A stretch of DNA of 64,000 nucleotides from Eledone cirrhosa (taxonomy: Eukaryota): positions 85,250,001 through 85,314,000 of the forward strand of contig OZ024740.1 of assembly GCA_964016885.1 (NCBI GenBank), given 5' to 3'. Position 1 is the stretch's first letter, and each line of letters opens with the position of its first letter. The notes beneath the pieces were generated by a model. The model searched no databases. It was not told the origin of the DNA and saw only the letters and a list, made by a program, of their open reading frames with translations. Positions 12,761 to 26,140 of the stretch are shown piece after piece. Position numbers and translations under genes: made by a program.

Positions 12761-13515
12761 AGGGCAGGGATTGGTAGAATCTTTAGTGCGTTGGATGAAA
12801 TGCATTGCGTTATTTCGTTACGACCCTCTACGCTCAGGCTCAAATCCTGCCGAGGTTCACTTTGCCTTTCATTCTTACGGAGTTGATAAAATGTAGGCCA
12901 CTTAAGTACTGGCGTCTATATAATCAACTTACCTCTCTTCTTTAAAATGTTAAGCCATGTAATTGTTAGAAACCATTATTATTATTATTTGTGGATTGGC
13001 TGCATCGGTGGAGCATCGGACACCATGTTCCGTGACATAGAGTTACGTCTCTTTAAAACAAAAGAAACTAGGTATCTGATGAAGCTCATATACTTATAGT
13101 AAATCATGTTCATTATTAAGGGCGATTGATTGGCAGAATCGGTAGATCATCGGACAATTTTCTTTGTGGCATGTAGTTAGGTCTCTTTACGTTCTGAGTT
13201 CAAATCCCACCGATGTTAGCTTTGCCTTTCATCCTTACTGGGTCGATAAAATATAGCACCAGCAACGCACTGGGGTTGATTTAATCGACTTTCCCCTCCC
13301 CCAATAAATTACTGTTATATTAGTAAGAGTGGTGGATTGTTAGAATTGTTTGAGTTGTTCCGACACTTTACCCTCTGAGTTCAAATCCTGAAAAGGCCAG
13401 ATTTGCCTTTCACCTTACCTTGATCGATATAATAAAGTACAGGGGCCGATTTAATCAACTATCCCTTCCTCTATTAGCGTTGGCTTTGTGCCTAGATTAG
13501 AAACTATTATTAGTA
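12761..13515 (+). mobile_element. Four older or partial copies of the same SINE family, same orientation
   Basis: Diverged A box, TCAAATCC and GCCTTTCA motifs at ~12761, 12990, 13119 and 13328. Confidence 0.8.
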
Positions 13516-13554
13516 TTATTACAGAATATAAAGCGACGTAGCTATTTACCGGAA

Positions 13555-13885
13555 TGGCATGGACCTCCGTCAATTTCCAGATGAATGTGTTCTAGTTGTT
13601 TGACCAACAGAAAAAACTGATCGCAAAATTAACGCGAAATTGCTTGGGCTTCCCACTGACACGTGTACTCTAAATGTAATTCTTAGGGAAATTTGGCGTG
13701 GCACTGAGTGAGAATGCTGGCTCTTTGACAGATTTCTAAAAAAAAAGCTTCAGTCCAGCCAACTTCACCCACAAAGCTCAGATCAACTCGAAGCTATGGT
13801 AAATATCACTTGTTCAAGATTCCACGTAGCTGGATTGAACTCGAGATCTTATGATTCCGAAACGAATGTCTTAACCATGCAGCGT
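13555..13885 (-). mobile_element. Old SINE of a second family (relatives at ~11200-11370, 34730-34900, 48680-49010)
   Basis: Shared GACACGTGTA(C/T)..TAA(T/C)GTAATTC..CAGCGTG(G/A)CA..GGCTGG motif and a reverse B-box (GGATTGAACTCG / GGGGTCGAA). Confidence 0.55.
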
Positions 13886-15774
13886 CTACGATGTAGCTGT
13901 AACAGAGACTAGGCAAGAGGAAGGTTCAAATCCCATTATTCGAATGAAAAACAAAATCACTCAAAGGTGTACAGTGTTCATAAAGCACACTTTAAGACTA
14001 ATGTTTTGTACCAAAGAATAATGGTTTCTTATATTGACACAAAACCACATGTTTAAAGGAGATTGAGGTGACATCAATATGAACTAACGAAGTAGGCCTC
14101 TGAACATGCAAGAAATAGCAGTCAAATTTCCTTCATACCTCACTTCATCTTCTTAACAAGGCAAAGGACACTTTAGATAATGTAATTCGAAAACAAAATG
14201 AGATGATAATGGCTGGAATAACTTTTTATCACAAGTCTGCTCGATCGGAGTTTACCAGGAGCTAAACAACAACAACAATTGGAATGAGACTGTCTGAGTT
14301 TAATAATTTTCTCAAACACATAAAAGGCTTAAAAGGAGGATAGAAGCAAATGGCTGAGTATGTATTGTATCGGACTACCAACACAAATGTCACCAATTCA
14401 AATCTAACATTTGATGTATTTGGGTAATATATTCATTCTGCACGACATAGTCCACCTTAGTTGCAGACACTAAATATGAGATACACGAATGTATCGCCCA
14501 AGAAAGTTAATCCTCCTATCCAAGGGTGGGAAAAAATATTTATCTGTCAACCACTTTACGCTAAAATGGTCGAAGTTAGCGTCATCCTATAAAAAACCGA
14601 TCTAGATTAATGAGATATTTTACTTTACAGCAACAGAATAGCTGAAGTGAATTGATTGCGACAGAGAATCGAAATCGGCTCGTTGACTTGGTTCATTAAG
14701 AGGTTATTGATCCCTTACTCAATGGCACACTTCATTACCCGATTTAACACAACCGCTTTACCCCCAAATGTCTGCAGCTGAGTCCAGTCAGATATTCAGT
14801 TTAAGGATACACTCCTCCTCCACACCACTCTTCAATCTCAGAAGCTTTGACCCCCCCCCCCCCCCCCCCCACACACACACACTTCAATCTCGGAAGCTTC
14901 GAAAACTTCCCTCCCTCTGAGTAAAAAGTAAAAGTAAAATGGCGTTCATCAATTTAAATGTGAATTGCTTCATTGTGTCTAAAATAACACTGAATTTTGT
15001 TTCACGGCATATTTTTAAAAAATAGGGTTAAATCATATATTCCTGTAAACAAGCAATGTAAATGTTGACATTTAAACAATTAACTGATGTTAATTTACAG
15101 ATCATGTTTGTTGCATAACGATGTTCTTAATTGTAAATTGACATTTAAATTGTTGTATAGAGTAAAGGGTGCAGATATTCCGCACATTACAGTTTATATG
15201 GGGAGTATACATAGGAATATTTAATATATCTTAAATGTAGATATAACTGTACTTTTTTTAATTATAAGATTATATATATATATATATATATATAATACAG
15301 AACAAAACCTAGAAGTAGTGAGATAAAGTGAGTGAGAAAGAGAAACGCACAGATTGAGATTTACAAAAAAGCAGTTAAAGGTTTTATGATTTATTGACCA
15401 ATTGGATGAAACTGTATCTATTGTACCATTAAGATCACGAATTAATCAACGATCGTTTACTAGCTTTAGAAAAACTAAACCTCTCCCCCACAAAGTAAAT
15501 GATTGAATCTTTATTACTAAGGCCACGTGACGAAACGGTGAATTACAAATAGATGCTTACATTTTAAACCGAAGATGAACAAAAATGAAAAACAGCATAG
15601 TTTATATGAAGCCTTGTGAAATATGTGGTTAGACTAATTGTTTTGGTAAGGTAAAAGGAGTGAAAACAAAACGATAAAATTGTAAACCGTTGCTTTGTTT
15701 GTTTACTTTACCCATGTTTTTACTCATTTAGTTCTAACTCACATTGTACTCAATTTAACTCCCAAAATTATAAA

Positions 15775-16164
15775 ATAATTGTTTCTAACATTTGGCACAG
15801 GGCCAAAAATTTAAAGAGGTGAGGAAAAATCAATTAAATCGACACCAGTGCGTTACAGGTACTTTATTTTATCGACACCCTAAAGATGGAAGGCATAGCA
15901 AATTCGGTGGGATTGGAACTCAGAACGTATAGGGCCATAACTATATGCCACAAAGCATGTTGTCCGATGCTCTATCGATATTGTCAATCCACTGTCCTTA
16001 TAATAATTGTTTCTACTTTAGACACAAGATAATTTGGGAGGAGGGGAAAGTCGATTAAATCGACCCAAGTGCATTACAGGCGCTTTATTTTATCGACCCC
16101 GTAAGGATGAAAGGCAAAGCTAACCTCGGTAGGATTTAAACCCAGAACGCAAAGGGGCGTAACT
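15775..16164 (-). mobile_element. Two tandem SINE copies (older subfamily)
   Basis: Reverse-complement SINE motifs, including AAGTCGATTAAATCGAC. Confidence 0.8.
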
Positions 16165-16380
16165 AAAGCTCAATAAGTATAAAAATCTATCAATTGAAAT
16201 TGAGAAAATGTGGTATCTTAAAGTCTGTAAAATACCAGTGGTAGTCAGTGCACTTGGAATGATAAAAAAGGGAACTGAAAAATATTTGGATCGGATACCT
16301 GGAAAGCCACTAATGCACGAGATACAGTAAACAGTGCTGACTGGTACTGTTCATATCCTGAGAAGGGCATTATTAATTTA
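16165..16380 (+). pseudogene. R4/Dong-like non-LTR retrotransposon, restriction-like endonuclease C-terminus
   Basis: KLNKYKNLSIEIEKMWYLKVCKIPVVVSALGMIKKGTEKYLDRIPGKPLMHEIQ*TVLTGTVHILRRAL matches the K..KY..L..EI..MW..IPVV.GALG..IQK..L.GT..ILR pattern. Confidence 0.85.
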
Positions 16381-18008
16381 AAAACCTTGCAAATACCTTT
16401 ACTGTTGTTTGTGTCTTTTTGGCATCATTTGTATGATAATTGATTATAAAATGTGTGTATTATCAAATTTTGCCTCAAGTATGATTTTGGAATGAAGCAG
16501 AATTCAAAGGAAGTTTCAAATAATAACAATAAAGTTTGAAATCGAGCAGGTATTAGCTTCACTCTGGAATATAAAATTAAAAGGAGACATGATTCCTCTT
16601 TATGAACAACCAAAGATTGTGAAAGTTTTTAGGTACAAACCTATGTGTGTAACTTATCGGTAGTGGTTAGCAGGAATTATATTAGGAAACTTCATCAAAG
16701 GCTCTTAAAAATAACGGATAGATTGAATAAGAAAGGGAAAACTGCATTTGGAATATTTGCTTGTCAATAGTAGAAGAGGATACTTCGTATCTACTGATCC
16801 GTTTGCAATGATGGATTAAACATTGAGCAGAAAATGTCTGATACTAAAACAAATGTTTAAAGATTAAGCTTGAACCGTAGAAAAAAGTTCAGATTTTTAC
16901 ATACATTGTCACCAATTTAACGGTATCTTTTTACTTTAGAGATTTCGTTTTTCAGGATAAAAAAGAAACTGTACAATATACATGGCTATAAGGAAACACA
17001 AAAAGTGAGTGAACAAAATAAGAAAAAGAGTAAGAAAACAAAAAGGGAATTAATGAACGAGAGAAAGAGAGAGGAGGAAAGAGTAACAGGCTCTACACTA
17101 TACTCGAGTCTGAGCAGTGTTTAAGCTGTATCCCGATGATAAAAGGGCAAAGGTATTGTGGCCAGAGACACCCGCTGTAATAGACACTCCACCTCATGGG
17201 GGCTCCTTCCCCAGGCGAGATGTCGTCTTTCCGATTTCAGGAAGGAAATCAGCAAGTACAGGGACTGAGGATATTCGAGGTCTCGATGATGACCAATACG
17301 AAAAGGAAGGAGTCGAGATTATGAATAAATATTCTTTCACAGAATATCATTTCCACTTCTATACGCGTCGCTAACTGGTTTCTTATTAGATGAGAAACCC
17401 TGCTGTTCATATGGCAACAATGACTCAAATTACATTTAAAAGAAGGGCAAATTCTTTTTTTTATTTATTTTTAATTTTTATTAACAGTAACGATCACCAT
17501 TCACAGGGTCGATTACAATTCATTGCAAATTAATATTTGGCACGTGATTTCTGAGAATAAAATTATTCCCATTGAGATTATAACATATAAAAAGCAAGGA
17601 TCTGGAAAGTACAAATGTGGTTTGAGAATGGTTTGTTGGTTTTTTTTTTATAATTCCATATCTTCGCTTACATTCAGTTCCATTTTTGTGGCATGGAAAA
17701 ATATATATAGTATATATTTTAAGCCTGGCATATTTAAGAAGTGAAACAGCTTACATAAATATTCCCAGCTTCCACATGTGTTTATTGCTCTTTTTTTTTC
17801 GTTTATACCTACACCTATATATATATATATATATATATATGATATATGTATATATGAAATGTAGTAATCACTATTATAGTCGAAGACTATAAATAATATT
17901 TGAGAAAATTTGGCAAAGAGTCTCTGGAGACGGAAAAAGTAGACAGAGGCACCTGCGAGAAATACATCCTTGCATCTCTCGATTACGCCAAGCAGTTTCT
18001 CTTATATA

Positions 18009-18061
<53 letters not shown>

Positions 18062-18466
18062 TACGCAAGTGTGTAACTACAGTTAAATGTGGTTCACAAC
18101 TCTAAGCACTCGATGCTGTTACAAGGTCTGTCTCGAGTTGGGTCGTATTCTAGGGTTAAGGTGACTGTTGTATGCACAGTGTAAATAAAATATTTCAATG
18201 TGTCTTAGCACATATAAACTCGCATATCTGATGAGATGTCGAGTAGTTTTTGTATTAATAGATGTGCAAAAACTGGTCTAATTATGATAGCTAGCGGCAG
18301 GTTTTCGTTTTGAACTTGCTGCTAGCTAACATAATTCTGCACGCTGTTATTATCAAACTAGTTTATGTTTTCCACTCCTGGTTTTATGTTATATTAGAGT
18401 AATTTGATTGATAACAATTTTGTACTTACCTATTGCACATCTATTGCAATATTCCATTATAGTCAC

Positions 18467-18511
<45 letters not shown>

Positions 18512-19363
18512 ATGTACATATGTATTTATATGTATATATATATATATATATACATATTTATATGTATATATATATATATAATGTACATATGTATTTATAA
18601 GTATATATATATATATATACATATATAATGTGCATATGTATTCATATGTATATATATATATACATATATAATGTACATATGTATTCATATGTATATATAT
18701 ATATACATATTTAATGTACATGTTTATCTATATACACATACGTGTTTATATGTATATACAGAAACTTTCAGAGCATTTTAGAAATGGCTATTATATTATT
18801 ATAATACTTTTGTGAACAATGAAAGTGTTTTAATTTGCTCACAATAACTTTAGGTCTCCTCGTAAAAAAAAAACAAAAAAAAACTGAACGTAGCTACGTA
18901 ACAACAAACATATAAGAACAATATCAATAATAATAATAACACCATTTTATATTTTCCAATCACTGGTCACAGATACAAGCTGCTATCATAATTAGACCAC
19001 CGGAAAACAACAACAAAAACGTCCATGAATTATTAAGAGAAAAATTATCGATAAATGTTGCTGAGTAAAAAAAAAAAACACACAGGTAGATTGGAAACAG
19101 ATGTAAAAAGGCAGCAAGGTGTGTCATTTATTAATTGTGGTTGAGTCGATTATCAAAAACTGACGTGATATACCGACACGAATAAAGTAGAAGGACGAGA
19201 AGCCTACCAGTTTTTTGTGACTTCAAACACAATGGCCAATGTTTTATAAAACTAACAGCCCTTCTGGAATGACTCGTCCGTTAGGTAGTATCAAATGTTT
19301 CAGTTTTATTAAATGAACAGCCTTTCCGTTCGGTAGTTTCAATTTTTTTAGTTTTATAACGAA

Positions 19364-20285
19364 CTAGCAGTGGTACCCGGCGTTGCACGGGATAAGGTAT
19401 TTTGGAACGCGGGCCGCCAACAGACCTAATCATGGAAAAACTGCATGCGTGGACAATATGTAAAGAAAATAAATCGAATACTCTGATGGCTGGATAATCT
19501 TTAAGATTTTCCTCGATGAAGCAGGAAAAATGCAGGTTTTCACCTAATGCGGGCCCTAGGGGATCAAGAAAATGAATTTTTTTTATGTGCATAATATGCC
19601 TTGAAATTTCGGGAAAATCGGCTAGACGTAACGCCTAAAAAAAGCCCTAAAAAGCTGAAAAAATGAAGTTTTTCACCTAATGCGGGCCCTAGGCAATAAA
19701 AAAGTTGGATTTTCTTTGCTCACGGTATGAAGAAGAGACTGACTAATACATAACTACAATTTCAAGGAAATCAGTCTGACGTAACGACTCAAAGAAACCC
19801 CTAAAAACCTGAAAAAACGCAGTTTTTCACCTAATGCGGACCATAGGGGATAAAAAAGTTGAATTTTTTTTTATGTGTATAACACTCCCTAAAATCTAAG
19901 TAATACACATGTAAAGTTTGTAAAAAGTCGGTTGGGTACTTCTCGAGTTTTAGGGATTCAAACTCACACACACACAGACATCCTCAGGGAAGTGACGTAA
20001 TGCAGACAGTCAGACATACAGACAGATATTGTAAGGGCGCGAAGTTATATGTATGTATCTATCTAAAAAGAGAAAGACTAAGAATTATAGAGAGAGATCA
20101 CTAAATCACCTAATGCGGTCCCTAGGGCATTGAAAATTTGAAATTTGTTTTGCTCAGAACACTCCCTGAAACATAAGCATTACATGTGTAAAGTTTGAAA
20201 ACAGTCGGTTGGGTGGTTCTCGATTTTTAGGGATTCAAACTCACACACACACAGACAGACATCCTCAGTTTTATATATATATAGA
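19364..20285 (-). mobile_element. Non-autonomous Helitron with internal tandem repeats
   Basis: On the minus strand it begins A|TCTATATATATATAAAACTGAGG and ends CCCGTGCAACGCCGGG hairpin-TACCACTG-CTAG|T. Four internal CACCTAATGCGG..C.TAGG units (~19541, 19674, 19828, 20107). Confidence 0.8.
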
Positions 20286-20286
20286 T

Positions 20287-21630
20287 GGTTTCTTATATAG
20301 GCACAAGGCCAGCAATTTTTTTTTTTTTGGGGGGGGGGGTCGATTAAACCGACCCCAGTGCGTGACTGGTACTTCATTTTATCGACCCCGTAAGGATGAA
20401 AGGCAACGTTAATCTCGGCGAGATTCGAACAAGATCATAAAGGACCGTAACTCTATGCTACAAAGCATGGTGTCCGACTCTCTACCGATACTGCTAATCC
20501 ACTGCCAAAGAATGAGAAAGTTGAGGGTAAGGTAGAGAAAAGGGAGAGAAAGAGAATAGGGGAGGATGGTAGCGAGAGAGAAATTAAACAAGACAGACAC
20601 GGCGACTAAAATGAACTAGAATGGTTTCATATTGGTAAAAAACAATAAAACTAGCGGAATTAATGTAAATTATTAGTACTTATTTTATCAAACACTGCAG
20701 GGTGGTAGATTGGAAGTATCAGTAGAGCGCCGGACAAAATATTTTGCGGCATTTATTTAAGGCCTTTAAGTTCTCAGTTTAAATACCACTGAGATCAACT
20801 TTGTCTTTCATCCTCCCGGTGTCACTAAAATATAGTACCATTCAAGTACTGAGGTCAATCTAATCGATCTTCATCACCTCTCAAATTACTGTCCCTGTGT
20901 CTACATTAGAAACCGTTTCATCAACCCCAGAGTTAATATAATTAGATTTCTGAGGGTGGTGGATTGACGTATCGGACAGAATGTTTTATGGCATAGAGTT
21001 ACGTTCTGAGTTCAAATCCTACCGAGGTTATCTTTGCCTTTCACCCTTACGGGGTCGATAAAATAAAGATCCAGTAACATACTGGGGTCGACTTAATCGA
21101 CTTTCTCCCCTCCCCAAATTGCTGGCCTTGTGCCTAAATAAAGAAAAATCTTTAATATTAGGGCAGTAGATTAGCAGTATCTGTAGAGGAACGAACAGCA
21201 TGCTTTATGGCATGTAGTTAGGTCCTGTTACATTCGGAGTTCAAATCCCGCCGTGGATAGTTTTGCCTTTCATCCTTACGGGGTCGATAAAAAAAAGCAC
21301 AAGTAACGCATTAGAATATATTTAATCGACTTTCCCCTCCTCCAAAATTTCTGGCCTTGTGCTTAAATCAGAAACCAATATAATTAGATTTGTAATTGCA
21401 CCTAATATTTAACATAAGCACAATGCCACACATTTTGGGAGGAGGGTACACTCGAAAAATCGATTAAACACTCGATTAAACACTTGACTGATATTTAATT
21501 TATTTTACAGATATTGGATGGACGAAAGTCAAAGTTTACGTGGGTGGAATTTGAACTTAAAGATTAAAGGGAAGTGGCCAAATACCATAAGTAATTTTCT
21601 CCGACATTCTACCAATTGTGTCATCTATTG
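20287..21630. mobile_element. Cluster of five SINE copies (20287-20507 -, 20700-20915 +, 20954-21147 +, 21160-21378 +, ~21410-21630 -)
   Basis: Consensus SINE motifs in each copy. Confidence 0.82.
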
Positions 21631-22098
21631 ACCTTAATACCTTAATATAACTTTTTCAAATCACCGCACCAACAATTCAGCTTCGTAGAGAGACGTAATT
21701 GCATGCGAAGGGTGGTAGGATAAACACTCACAACATAGAGGAGTAGAACTAAATTGTCTTTTGTTTCCACCATCCATTCCTATTTCACTACATTCAACAC
21801 AACAAAGAAATACAACGGGGCCATAGATATCATTGCAGCGCAGAACATTCTAGCAAACAAACATAAAAATTAAGTTAACCTGATCTCTAAATAAACATGA
21901 AAAAAACAAAACAAAAAAAAAACATGGACGACATTTCTGATAGGTCAGTAAAACAGAAATAGTAGCAATTTGTGAACATGACTTGCGAATATACAGTCCA
22001 AATGTCAGACATTGTAAATATACATTCTATAATTATTGGATGGCGTATAAAATGCTTTGGAACAATTTCCGTATAATGAATATATATATATATGGAAA

Positions 22099-22284
22099 AT
22101 AATTGTTTCTACTTTAGGCACAAGGCCAGTAATTACCCAGTGCATTACTGGTACTTTAATTTATCGACCCCTTAAGGATGAAACGCAAAGTCAATCTCGG
22201 CGGTATTTGAATTCAGATCGTAAAGGGACGTAACTATGCTGGAAAGCATGACGTCCGACCCTCTACCGATACTGCCAATCCACC
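22099..22284 (-). mobile_element. Young-subfamily tRNA-SINE
   Basis: Near-consensus reverse complement. Confidence 0.92.
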
Positions 22285-22865
22285 CGAAATTTCATTTCTC
22301 ATTCTTAGTACGGCTGATACCTAATACATACATATATATATATATGTGTGCATGTATGTATATATATACATACTACTGTGCGTCTGTACTCATATATGTA
22401 TGTACGTATACATACTTATATGAATGAATATATATATATAAACGGAAAAAATGAAACGAAATTTCATTTCTCACTCTTAGTACGGCTGTTACTTAAATAT
22501 AAGTATGTATACGTACATACATGTATGTATACAGACGTACAGTAGTATGTATATATATACATACATGCACACATATATATATGTACGTATGGATTTACCG
22601 AACATTTATTATAATGCTCGGTGTGTTTGTAAACAAACATCCCGAATTAAGCCGTACAGTGGTTAGCAACCATCGTTGCCCTTTTGTTCAACACTGACAA
22701 AGGAACGATATACTAGTTTCAAGCTTATTAGCTGTCGTATACCTTCCTGCCAGATAATTGAACGTCTGAAAGTATATACTTTCCTTATGCATATAAACGG
22801 CTGAGCAGCCTAATTTGCATATCGAGTGAGTTAATCGGCCGGGCGAACCGAAAACGATAAACGGA

Positions 22866-22980
22866 TATATATATATATTCATTATATATATATTCATTAT
22901 ATATATATTCATTATATATATATTCATTATATATATATTCATTATATATATATTCATTATATATATATTCATTATATATA
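22866..22980. repeat. 15-bp minisatellite (TATTCATTATATATA) x ~7
   Basis: Directly visible periodicity. Confidence 0.9.
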
Positions 22981-23014
22981 TACACACATCTAAAATAATG
23001 AATAACCGGATGTG

Positions 23015-23061
<47 letters not shown>

Positions 23062-23089
23062 TTGATAATTTATTACGTTATAGATACAC

Positions 23090-23430
23090 TTTCTTTCCTT
23101 TTTATCCTGTAACTTCCGATGGAGTCGTAGGGGCGCCGAAGTGGCATACAGCGTTTCTTGGGTATATTTAAATCAGGCGGAGCCAATCCCTCTCTGGGTC
23201 TGACCTCAGTAGATTTATTCCAGAGAAGAGTAAAACGTGAGAAAATGAGAAAGAGATATAGAGGAAGAATCATGGACCTCAGTACTACGACTGGTACTTT
23301 TTTATCGACCTCGAAAGAATGAAAGGCAAAGTTGACCTCAGCGGGACTTGAACTCAAAGAGCAGAGAGTCGGAAGGAATACCACAAATCATTCTATCCGA
23401 CGTTCTAACGACTCTGCCAATTCGCCACAG
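23090..23430 (-). mobile_element. SINE variant: same head and core, different ~190-bp 3' tail
   Basis: The tail (CTTCTCTGGAA..GGCTCCGCC..AAGAAACGCTGTATG..CGGCGCCCCT..GAAGTTACAGG) recurs at ~32660-32850, 38060-38230, 40165-40310 and 61465-61635. Confidence 0.7.
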
Positions 23431-24411
23431 TTTGTAGATACACCACTCTGAGTTATAGTTTTTACGTAATGTATCTAGGTCAAGGCAACCTTGCAGAATT
23501 CATTCTAATTCATGCAATATTGTTTTCGGCTCGACACTGCAAGTTAAAAAAGCATTTGCTATTTATTATTTGAACCATCACTGAAAGCTGTCAATAAGGG
23601 GCAATACACCACATGATACTTATTTACAGATGAATCGACGCATTTAGTTGAGAATGAGCCCCCCCCCAAAAAAAAAAAATTTTGATCTATATTGATCTCC
23701 AGGGATTGATGGGATTATCTAAGGGGTTGATTAAAGTTTCTGGGTAAAACCTGACCTTTTTATAAGAAAAGAAAATACATAAAATAGTGCAATAATATAC
23801 AAGTTGCTTATACGTGTTATTTTATTTATAAATAATTAGTCTTTATTAACTATTTATTAAATATTCTGCTTACTGATTTACTTATTTTTTTACTGGTCTG
23901 GGATTGATGAGTGATCAAGTATTCCATGAAGAGTCGAAAGTACAAAAAATTTGGAGATCCCTGCATTAGACAAATCGGAAAGTTGCATGCAGGGCATGAA
24001 CATTTAATATTTCATTCAACATTCCAAAAGCCTATCCACACGGCCAAATAATAACATACAGGCACTAAATAACAGCATTTCTCTAATAGACTAACACAAC
24101 ACTGTTTACATCTTTATTTGCGTGAAAACAATATTTCTTTACCTACTTTAAAAAGAAGTTATTCGATATTAAGATAACACAAGTACAAATGCACACATAT
24201 GCACATACATATATGAATACATATATGAATACATATATGATTTCAAGTTTATAAATCTCTGGAGAGAATCTGCGAGTTAAACAGTCTAACAGCAAAGCTC
24301 TCATGATTTCAATCTAATTAGGTTTCATTAATTTTACTGTGGTTAGAAACACGTGTTCTTTCCCAGTCAGATTGTTTATATATTATTAGAAAATATCTAA
24401 AATAAAACCCC

Positions 24412-24479
<68 letters not shown>

Positions 24480-24494
24480 CTCCCCCCTCTCTCT

Positions 24495-26085
24495 ATATAT
24501 ATGTTCTGCTAAAGAACGGGTTTTAGGTAGCGGATAGTGATACGACCACCAGATATAATGTTTATTTGCGATGTAAGCGAGCACCTTCCGGACGAATAAA
24601 CAACCTCGCACCAACAGAGGTAAACTACTAGGTAAGATGGAGCAATGGGTGACACATTTAGCTCCCAAGAAAACTCTCACAACCTAGTGATGTAGCTATG
24701 ACGAGGCGAGTAAAGGTCGCATCTCTAAAAAAGCCTAGTTTTTGTGGGTCTGATAAAAGTACCAGATTGTTGATTGCGCGACTAAGACTACCAAAACAGG
24801 AACTAAAGGAGGAGGCTAGATGCTACAGGCTAGATATAGTCGAGGTTTCTTAGACAAATATCAGTGTCTCGGGTACTGTAGATTTGGATGGAGGAATGGA
24901 AACTCCACTATTCAGGAGTCGCGCCAGAAATAACTGCGCAGTTAGGATTGTGGATACTCATAAGGCCATGGCTGTTAGAATGTGTTTTGAACTGGATCCC
25001 ATTAGGAAGGAAGATTTGCCTCTTGAAGCTTAGGCTGTAAGATAGGTCTCTGTGGGTGGTGCAAGTTTATGCATCAAACAAGGAGTCTGAATACAGATCC
25101 TTCCTTATTGCAGTGTTAGATGTAGTTAAGACTGAGTCATGTATCCCAATGAGAAACCTCAATAAACATGTTGGCACTGACTACCTGACATGGAAAGGAG
25201 TGATTGGAAGGAACGGTGATCCCGATCTAAATACGAATGGAGAATACTTCTGTTCTAGTAATGGGCTCTCTATCATGAAAACTTTCTTCTAGCACAAAAA
25301 AATTTAACGGAGCTGTTGTGGAAGGTTCTGTGAGAATATAGGATCGATGGACAGCTTTTTGTTGTCCTTATGTGTTCGGATAAACGGTGCTAAATCGAAA
25401 CCATTTAATGTGGAAGTCCACACTGGGTGCGTACTCTCACCGCTCCTAATCTTAATTTTTATGAACAGGATTGACATGCGCAGCCGGATTGGAAGTGGTA
25501 TCACGACTGGTGGGTGTAGGGTCAGCCGACTGGAATTTGCAAACGACATGGTATTATTTAACTCATCAGAAGTTGGTGCTGCAAAGACTGAGACACTCGT
25601 CCTCTCAAGGAAGCCTCTGCAGTGCACTCTACACGTGAATGGAGTTCCACTGAAGCAGGTAGAGAAGTTCAAGTATCTCAGGGTCTTTTTCAGGGGTGAT
25701 AGATGCAGGAGGCTGAATTATGTGCAAGAATTTCAGGAGCTGGTGCAGTAATGCGCCAGCTTCAACATTCAGTAATCAGAAGGGTGGTAGGTGTAAAAGC
25801 CATACTCGCTATCTTCGATTCGGTATTCGTGCCAACCCTTACCTCTGGTTATGAATCTTAGGTAATGAGCGAAAGAATACGATCGCGATACAATCGGCCG
25901 AAATGGGGTTCCTCCGAAGGATCCTTGGAGTAACTATTCGACAGAGTCGGTAGCTCGGAGATCAGAGAGGCGTTCCATGTAGTAGAGCTGCCACTTCTCT
26001 GAATTGAGAGATGAGCTCCGATACTACGGACATGTAGCTAGAATATCTCAGGAAAGAATCTCTGGACAGATTTTACGGGAAAAAA
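24495..26085 (+). mobile_element. RTE-clade LINE relic (APE endonuclease and RT C-terminus, large internal deletion)
   Basis: ELKEEARCYRLDIV..GTVDLDGG-WKLHYSG, VQVYA, TWKGVIGRNGDPDLN..SNGLSIMKTFF, then VRINGAKSKPFNV..GCVLSPLL..LEFANDMVL..LKQVEKFKYL. Confidence 0.9.
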
Positions 26086-26101
26086 ACTAACTGGCAGGAA
26101 A

Positions 26102-26140
<39 letters not shown>

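Noticed and set aside
17117-17374. 85-aa ORF and a CTGAGGA...GAAA fold
   Set aside because: No recognisable domain, a non-ATG start, and helices I and III are missing.
18228-18290. Hammerhead CTGATGA...AAAACTGGTC
   Set aside because: Helices I and II do not pair and it would need too many assumed mutations.
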